DNA of 32,000 nucleotides from an uncultured archaeon (GTDB lineage Archaea; Micrarchaeota; Micrarchaeia; Micrarchaeales; CABMGC01): NCBI GenBank assembly GCA_963787445.1, contig CAWBCT010000005.1, positions 17,800 to 49,799 of the forward strand, read 5' to 3'. Shown piece by piece: positions 25,195 to 32,000 of this stretch (position 1 is its first letter; each line of letters starts with the position of its first letter). The notes under the pieces were generated by a model. It saw only the letters and a program-made list of their open reading frames with translations, ran no database searches and was not told where the DNA came from. The position numbers and the translations under genes were made by a program.

Positions 25195-25930
25195 GGCGGC
25201 GATGACGCGCGAAGCGGCCGAGGCGGCCCAGGCGCCGCTGCTGGCGGTGCGCGGATTGCAGGCCTGGTACGGCGAGTCGCACATCCTGCAGGGCGTCGAC
25301 CTCGATGTCGCCACCGGCGAGGTGGTGACGCTGCTGGGCCGCAACGGCGCGGGCAAGACCACAACCATGAAATCGATCATGGGCATGATCGAGAAGCGCT
25401 CGGGCTCGGTGAATTTCGCCGGGGTCGAGACCATCGGCCTGCCCTCGAACCGCATCGCCCGGCTGGGCGTCGCCATCTGCCCCGAGGAGCGCGGCATCTT
25501 CGCCAGCCTGAATGTGCGCGAGAATCTGGTGCTGCCGCCGGTGGTGCGCCCCGGCGGGGTGGAGGTGGAGCGCATCTTCACGCTGTTTCCCAACCTGCGC
25601 GAGCGGTTGAGCAGTCAGGGCACCAAGCTTTCCGGCGGCGAGCAGCAGATGCTGGCGATCGCGCGGATCATGCGCACCGGGGCGCGGCTGCTGCTGCTCG
25701 ACGAGCCGACCGAGGGCCTGGCCCCGGTGATCATCGAGCAGATCGGCCACACCGTGCGCGAACTCAAGCAGATCGGCTTCACCGTGCTGCTGGTGGAACA
25801 GAATTTCCGCTTCGGCGCCACGGTGGCCGACCGCCACTATGTGATGGAGCGCGGCCGCATCGTCGACATGATTCCCAACGACGTGCTCGATAAGAACATG
25901 GACAAGCTGCATGACTATCTTGGCGTTTGA
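25187..25930 (+). CDS. livF: Branched-chain amino acid ABC transporter ATP-binding protein LivF
   Basis: 247 aa. Overlaps livG by 8 nt (ATGCGTGA). Walker A GRNGAGKTTT, signature LSGGEQQMLAIARI and Walker B LLLLDEPTEGLAP are present. Confidence 0.88.
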   Translation: MREAAMTREAAEAAQAPLLAVRGLQAWYGESHILQGVDLDVATGEVVTLLGRNGAGKTTTMKSIMGMIEKRSGSVNFAGVETIGLPSNRIARLGVAICPEERGIFASLNVRENLVLPPVVRPGGVEVERIFTLFPNLRERLSSQGTKLSGGEQQMLAIARIMRTGARLLLLDEPTEGLAPVIIEQIGHTVRELKQIGFTVLLVEQNFRFGATVADRHYVMERGRIVDMIPNDVLDKNMDKLHDYLGV

Positions 25931-25956
25931 AATCATCGCTTCATAGGGAGGACACA

Positions 25957-27159
25957 ATGAAGATGAGAACAGTGGTTTGCTCGGCGGCGGCCATTTTCGC
26001 CGCCATGACCGCCTCGGCCTTCGCCGCCGACGATACCGTGGTGATCGGCGACATCGACGACCTGTCGGGCGTCTATGCCGACGTGATCGGCCAGGGCGGC
26101 ATCGAGGCCGCCAACATGGCGATCGCCGATTTCGGCGGCTCAGTGCTGGGCAAGAAGATCACGTTCCTGTCCGCCGACCACCAGAACAAGCCCGATATCG
26201 GCGCCTCGAAGTTCCGCGAATGGGCCGACCAGAATCACGTGAACATGATCCTGGGCGGGTCGAATTCCGGCGTGTCGATCGCCATGTCGAAGGTGGCGGC
26301 GGAAAAGAAGGTGCCGTTCATCGCCATCGGCGCGGCGGGCGCCTCGCTGACCAACGCCGACTGCACCGCCTATTCGATCCATTACGGCTACGACACCGTC
26401 GCGCTGGCCAACGGCACCGCTTCGACGATCGTTCAGGGCGGCGGCAAGAAGTGGTTCTTCCTGACCGCCGACTATGCCTTCGGCACGCAGTTGCAGGACG
26501 CCTCGAGCAAGGTGGTGCTGGCCAATGGCGGCCAGGTGATAGGATCGGTGCGCGTGCCGCTGGCGGCGTCGGACTTCTCGTCGTTCCTGCTCCAGGCGCA
26601 GTCCTCGGGCGCCGACGTGCTCGGCCTCGCCAATGCCGGCGCCGACACCCAGAACTCGCTCAAGGCGGCGCAGGAATTCGGCCTGACCAAGACGATGAAA
26701 CCGGCCGCGCTGCTGGCCTTCCTCACCGACATCCACAGCGTCGGGATCAAGGCGGCGCAGGGCCTGATCCTGACCGACGCCTGGTATTGGGACGGCACCG
26801 ACGACAGCCGCGCCTGGGCGAAGCGGTTTTTCGACAAGATGAAGAAGGAGCCGACCTGGAACCAGGCCGCCTATTATTCGGCCACCCTGCACTTCCTGAA
26901 CGCCGTCAAGGAAGTGGGCTCGACCGACCCCGACAAGGTGATGGCGCAGATGAAGGCGGACAAGGTGAACGACATGTTCGCCAAGGGCGGCTACATTCGC
27001 GCCGACGGGCTGTTGGTGCACGACATGACCGTGATGCAGGTGAAGACGCCCGCCGAGTCGAAGGGCGAATGGGATCTCTACAAGCCGCTCAAGGTGATCA
27101 AGGGCGAGGACGCCTACGGGCCGATCACCGGCCTTTGCCCCTTGGCCCCGAAGACCTGA
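25957..27159 (+). CDS. ABC transporter periplasmic substrate-binding protein, Leu/Ile/Val (LivK/Peripla_BP_6) family
   Basis: ATG at 25957 follows AGGGAGGA. The signal peptide is MKMRTVVCSAAAIFAAMTASAFA. The mature protein is a type-I PBP (VVIGDIDDLSGVYADVIGQGG..., NMILGGSNSGVS, KKWFFLTADYAFG). The track start at 25927 is an upstream TTG extension. Confidence 0.85.
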   Translation: MKMRTVVCSAAAIFAAMTASAFAADDTVVIGDIDDLSGVYADVIGQGGIEAANMAIADFGGSVLGKKITFLSADHQNKPDIGASKFREWADQNHVNMILGGSNSGVSIAMSKVAAEKKVPFIAIGAAGASLTNADCTAYSIHYGYDTVALANGTASTIVQGGGKKWFFLTADYAFGTQLQDASSKVVLANGGQVIGSVRVPLAASDFSSFLLQAQSSGADVLGLANAGADTQNSLKAAQEFGLTKTMKPAALLAFLTDIHSVGIKAAQGLILTDAWYWDGTDDSRAWAKRFFDKMKKEPTWNQAAYYSATLHFLNAVKEVGSTDPDKVMAQMKADKVNDMFAKGGYIRADGLLVHDMTVMQVKTPAESKGEWDLYKPLKVIKGEDAYGPITGLCPLAPKT

Positions 27160-27219
27160 CGACGATGCGCCCCGGCCCCCAACCGGGGCGCTTTCGCGCG
27201 TGCATGCAAAACGCGGTAA

Positions 27220-27352
27220 CAGAAACTCCCTCTCCGCCCTTGAGGGGGGAGAGGGCCGGGGTGAGGTGGGTCGAGGAGCCGCACCTCACCCTTCCCACGG
27301 CTTCGCCGCGGGCCCCTTCCCTCTCCCCGCTGCCGCGCGGAGAGGGGGCACT
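27220..27352. repeat. Composite REP-like palindromic element between the SBP gene and livH
   Basis: Three hairpins: ctccctctcc...ggggagaggg (27226-27255), ggggtgaggtggg...cacctcaccc (27258-27291) and ccctctcccc...ggagaggggg (27319-27348). This is the kind of CCCTCTCC/GGAGAGGG intergenic repeat common in alphaproteobacterial genomes. It generates the spurious N-terminal extension of track ORF 27200..28243. Confidence 0.55.
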
Positions 27353-27358
27353 CACCCG

Positions 27359-28243
27359 ATGACCGAAATCTTCGGCATTCCCCTGGTCGCCATCCTCGGC
27401 CAGCTCATGCTCGGGCTGGTCAATGGTTCGTTCTACGCCCTGCTCAGCCTCGGCCTGGCGGTAATCTTCGGGCTGATGGGGGTGGTGAATTTCGCCCATG
27501 GTGCGTTCTACACGCTGGGCGCCTTCGCCGCCGCGGTGGGGCTGTCGTGGCTGGGCATCGGCTATTGGCCGGCGCTGATCCTGGCGCCGCTCGCCGTGGC
27601 GGTGGTCGGCATCGTCGCCGAGCGGCTGCTGCTGCGCCATCTCTACCGGCTCGATCCGCTCTACGGGCTGCTGCTCACCTTCGGCCTGGCCTTGATGGCG
27701 GAGGGGTTGCTGTTCGAGTATTTCGGCTCCTCGGGACAGAGCTATCCGGTGCCCGAGGCGCTGCAGGGTGCCTGGAATCTCGGATTCATGATTCTGCCGA
27801 TCTATCGCGGCTGGGTGATCCTGGCCTCGGTGGTGGTGTGCTTCGCCACCTGGTTCCTGATCGAGCGCACGCGGCTGGGCGCCACCCTGCGCGCCGCCAC
27901 CGAGAACGCGCCGCTGCTCCAGGCCTTCGGCATCAACGTGCCGCTGATCGTCGCCGCGACCTACGGCACCGGCGTGGCGCTGGCGGCCTTCGCCGGCGTG
28001 CTGTCGGCCCCGGTGATCCAGGTCAGCCCGCAGATGGGCCAGTCGGTGGTGATCGTGGTGTTCGCCGTGGTGGTGATCGGCGGCATGGGCTCGATCCTCG
28101 GCTCGATCGTCACCGGGCTGGCGCTCGGCCTGGTCGAGGGCCTGACCAAGGTGATCTATCCCGAGGCCTCCAACATCGTGGTGTTCGTGATCATGGCGCT
28201 GGTTCTCGTGTTTCGCCCCGCCGGCCTGTTCGGCAGGAGCTGA
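27359..28243 (+). CDS. livH: Branched-chain amino acid ABC transporter permease LivH
   Basis: ATG at 27359. Sequence MTEIFGIPLVAILGQLMLGLVNGSFYALLSLGLAVIFGLMGVVNFAHGAFYTLGAF...GGMGSILGSIVTGLALGLVEGL. It is a multi-TM protein of the BPD_transp_2 type. Confidence 0.88.
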   Translation: MTEIFGIPLVAILGQLMLGLVNGSFYALLSLGLAVIFGLMGVVNFAHGAFYTLGAFAAAVGLSWLGIGYWPALILAPLAVAVVGIVAERLLLRHLYRLDPLYGLLLTFGLALMAEGLLFEYFGSSGQSYPVPEALQGAWNLGFMILPIYRGWVILASVVVCFATWFLIERTRLGATLRAATENAPLLQAFGINVPLIVAATYGTGVALAAFAGVLSAPVIQVSPQMGQSVVIVVFAVVVIGGMGSILGSIVTGLALGLVEGLTKVIYPEASNIVVFVIMALVLVFRPAGLFGRS

Positions 28244-28246
28244 GCC

Positions 28247-29176
28247 GTGCGCGCCACCCGGCTCTTCTATCTGGCCTGCGCCGTTTTCGGGCTCGCGGTG
28301 CCCGTTCTCGGCATCTATCCGGTGTTCATGATGCAGCTCCTGTGCTTCGCCATGTTCGCCTGCGCCTTCAATCTGCTGCTCGGCTATAGCGGCATGCTGT
28401 CCTTCGGCCATGCCGCGTTCTTCGGCGCGGCGGCCTATGCCACGAGCTGGCTGGTGACGGCGCATGGCTGGGGCAGCCTCGAAGCGGTGGTCGCCGGCAT
28501 CGCGGTATCGACCCTGCTCGGGCTGGTGATCGGCGCGCTGGCGATTCGCCGGCACGGCATCTATTTCGCGATGATCACGCTGGCGCTGTCGCAGCTGGTC
28601 TATTTCGTCTGCCTCGAGGCGCCCTTCACCGGCGGCGAGAACGGCATCCAGGGCGTGCCGCGCGGCACCGTGCTGGGCATCCTGTCGCTGCGCAACGATG
28701 TCGCGATGTATTATGTCGTGCTGGCGGTCTTCGTCGCGGTGTTCCTGTTCATCCGCCGCATCGTGCATTCTCCCTTCGGCCAAGTGCTGAAGGCGATCCG
28801 CGACAACGAGCCGCGCGCGGTTTCGCTCGGCTACCGCATCAACCGCTACAAGCTGCTCGCCTTCGTGCTGTCCGCCGCCCTGTCCGGCCTGGCCGGATCG
28901 CTCAAGGCCCTGGTGCTCGGCTTCGCCACGCTGTCCGACGTGCTGCAATCGACCTCGGGACTGGTGATGCTGATGGCGCTGCTCGGCGGCACCGGCACCT
29001 TCTTCGGGCCGGTGATCGGCGCCGCCGTGATCGTCACCCTGCAGGAATATCTGTCCGACCGGGTGGGCGGCTGGGTCACGGTGATCATCGGCGCCATCTT
29101 CGTCGCCTGCGTCATGTCGTTCCGGCGCGGCGTCGTCGGCGAATTGTCGGCCTGGCTGCGGCGCAAGCCAGTTTAA
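28247..29176 (+). CDS. livM: Branched-chain amino acid ABC transporter permease LivM
   Basis: 309 aa. GTG start 3 nt after the livH stop. Motifs seen: NLLLGYSGMLSFGHAAFFGAAAY, GIYFAMITLALSQL and LLGGTGTFFGPVIGAA. Confidence 0.88.
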   Translation: MRATRLFYLACAVFGLAVPVLGIYPVFMMQLLCFAMFACAFNLLLGYSGMLSFGHAAFFGAAAYATSWLVTAHGWGSLEAVVAGIAVSTLLGLVIGALAIRRHGIYFAMITLALSQLVYFVCLEAPFTGGENGIQGVPRGTVLGILSLRNDVAMYYVVLAVFVAVFLFIRRIVHSPFGQVLKAIRDNEPRAVSLGYRINRYKLLAFVLSAALSGLAGSLKALVLGFATLSDVLQSTSGLVMLMALLGGTGTFFGPVIGAAVIVTLQEYLSDRVGGWVTVIIGAIFVACVMSFRRGVVGELSAWLRRKPV

Positions 29177-29194
29177 GGCGCGGGCCGGGCCCGG

Positions 29195-30037
29195 TCAGAT
29201 CCGCAACAGGGTCGGCTGCCGGTTCTCCAGGATATCGGTCATCCGCACCTTGATCCCGGGCAGCGAATCGGCGTGCGTGATGATATAGAAATCGCCGTTG
29301 CCGACCGCGGCGAACACGGCATCCGCGACCTCCCGCGGCGACTTGCCGGATTCGACCGCGCGGTGGACCGCCTCGGCGGTTTTGATCGTTCGGGCATCGA
29401 GCGTCTTGACATCGGTCCGCTCGGCCGGCGGGCGATTGCGCTCGGAGAGCGTGATCCGCGTCTTGACCCAGCCCGGGCAGAGCACCGATACCCCGATCCG
29501 GGCGTGGCGCAGCGCGAGATCGTGGTGCAGCCCCTCCGACACCGTGACCACCGCGAACTTGCTGGCATTGTAGGCGGCCAGGCCCGGCACCGAGAGCATC
29601 CCGGCGATCGAGGCGGTGTTGACGATGTGGCCCTCCTCGGCCCGCTCGATCATCCGCGGCACGAAGGCGCGAAGTCCGTTGGTGACGCCGTAGAGGTTGA
29701 CGCCCATCACCCAGTCCCAGTCGCGCTGGCTGGTCTCCCAGGCCGGCTTTCCCAGGGCCACGCCGGCATTGTTGACGAGCAAGTGGACGTTGCCGAAGGC
29801 GGCGAAGGCGGCATCGGCCAGTGCGTCGACCTCGCCCTCCTTGGCCACGTCGACCCGCCGCCCGATCGCCGTCGCGCCCTTGCCGGCGAATTCGCGCACG
29901 GTGGCGTCGAGCAGTTCGGCGTTGATGTCGGCGAGGACGAGCTTCATCCCCTCCTCGGCCGCGCGACTGGCGATGGCCTTGCCGATGCCCTCGGCCGCCC
30001 CGGTGATCACCGCGGTTTTCCCCGCGAAATCCTTCAT
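29195..30037 (-). CDS. Short-chain dehydrogenase/reductase (classical SDR) family oxidoreductase
   Basis: 280 aa. It has the cofactor motif TGAAEGIGKA, NNAG, the catalytic S...YNASK and the PG motif LCPGWV. Confidence 0.85.
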   Translation of the reverse strand: MKDFAGKTAVITGAAEGIGKAIASRAAEEGMKLVLADINAELLDATVREFAGKGATAIGRRVDVAKEGEVDALADAAFAAFGNVHLLVNNAGVALGKPAWETSQRDWDWVMGVNLYGVTNGLRAFVPRMIERAEEGHIVNTASIAGMLSVPGLAAYNASKFAVVTVSEGLHHDLALRHARIGVSVLCPGWVKTRITLSERNRPPAERTDVKTLDARTIKTAEAVHRAVESGKSPREVADAVFAAVGNGDFYIITHADSLPGIKVRMTDILENRQPTLLRI

Positions 30038-30059
30038 GGCCGCTCCTCCCCTGAACTGT

Positions 30060-31046
<987 letters not shown>

Positions 31047-31050
<4 letters not shown>

Positions 31051-32000
31051 CCCGGGGTTCCGCTTGCAATGGGATAGTGGCAGCGCACCCAGACACCGTC
31101 CAGTCGACGCAGCTCGGGACCCTCGATGCGGCAGCGCCCGTCAGCGAACCGGCAACGGGGATGGAACAGGCAGCCGGTCGGCCGGTCGTCGAGGCCGGGG
31201 ACCATGCCCGGAATGGTGGGCAGCCGCGCCGCGCCGGGGCTGCGCTCGGGCAACGCATCGAGCAGCGCCGCCGTGTAGGGATGGTGCGGCGCCGCGAACA
31301 GCGCTTCGGCCGGCTGTTCCTCGACGATCTGGCCGGCATACATCACCAGCACGCGTTGCGCGGTCTCGGCGACCACCCCCATATCGTGGGTGATCAACGC
31401 CAGGGCCATGCCGCGCTCGCGCTGCAATTTCAGCAACAGGTCGAGAATCTGGGCCTGAACCGTGACGTCGAGCGCGGTGGTCGGCTCGTCGGCCAACAGC
31501 AGCCGCGGATTGCCGGCCAAGGCCATCGCGATCATCACGCGCTGGTTCATGCCGCCGGAAAGTTGATGCGGATAGGAGTCGATCCGGCTTTCGGGCGCAG
31601 GAATGCCGACCTGTTCGAGCAGCTCGATGGCGTGATGCCGCCGGTCGCGCCGCGAGTCCCGGCATGGGTTTCGATCGCCTCGATGATCTGATAGCCCACC
31701 GTGAAGCAGGGATTGAGGCTGGTCATCGGCTCCTGGAAAATCATCGCCACGTCCTTGCCGACGAGGCGGCGCCGCTCGCGCGCGCTCATTTTCAGCAGGT
31801 CATGGCCGTCGAAGCGCAGTTTTCGGGCCGTTACCGTGCCCGGCTCGGCGACCAGGCCCATCAGCGCCAGCATCGACACGCTCTTGCCGGAGCCCGACTC
31901 CCCGACGATGCCGAGAACCTCGCCCGCCTCGATCGAGAACGACATGCCGTCGACCGCCCGCAAATGACCGCGCGCGGTGGCGAAGGAGACGGAGAGATCC
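31047..32000 (-). CDS. Oligopeptide/dipeptide ABC transporter ATP-binding protein (OppD/DppD-like); 5' end beyond window, one frameshift as sequenced
   Basis: ORF 31547..31963 has [26 protein letters not shown]...[15 protein letters not shown] 31047..31550 has (LSGG)[28 protein letters not shown]...HPYTAALL...CLFHPRC. The bridge [36 protein letters not shown] is in the third frame, with a 1-nt deletion in the ccc/ggg run at ~31,659. The reading frame is open to position 32000. Confidence 0.82.

Overview
Very GC-rich 32-kb window that does not read as one contiguous genome.

**Segment A (1 to ~12.32 kb)** is densely packed Gram-positive (Bacillota-type) DNA.
- It carries a YbdK-type ligase, a corrinoid protein, a DUF47-Pit pair and a B12-binding radical SAM enzyme.
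- It also carries a DUF5658 membrane protein, a CwlO/RipA-like NlpC/P60 hydrolase and pilT.
- On the minus strand is the classic block gltX'-cysS-rlmB-yacP-sigH.

**Segment B (~12.32 to ~14.07 kb)** is a 1.75-kb alphaproteobacterial-type fragment, 'pyrC-plsY-dprA'. Both outer genes are cut off.

**Segment C (~14.07 to 32 kb)** is proteobacterial accessory and transport DNA.
- It starts with a 3'-truncated TpsA (hemagglutinin-type TPS domain) and an FhaC/ShlB-type TpsB.
- Next is a ~1,985-aa protein. It combines Asn-substituted RTX-like repeats, a serralysin-like HEXXH domain, canonical RTX repeats and ~150 phase-perfect octapeptide repeats.
- Then follow livG-livF-SBP-livH-livM, an SDR and oppF/oppD-like ATPases.

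**Sequence quality.** At least 13 single-nucleotide frameshifts, many of them in 2-4-nt homopolymer runs, interrupt otherwise well-conserved genes between 10 and 18.5 kb and at ~31 kb. The 821-aa and 772-aa track ORFs are therefore artefactual fusions.

**Most interesting object:** the octapeptide-repeat giant protein and its TPS neighbours.

**Biggest caveat:** the two abrupt joins (~12.32 kb and ~14.07 kb) look like assembly or construction chimeras.

No rRNA, tRNA, CRISPR array or transposase was recognised. All calls rest on reading the translations. No database search was possible.
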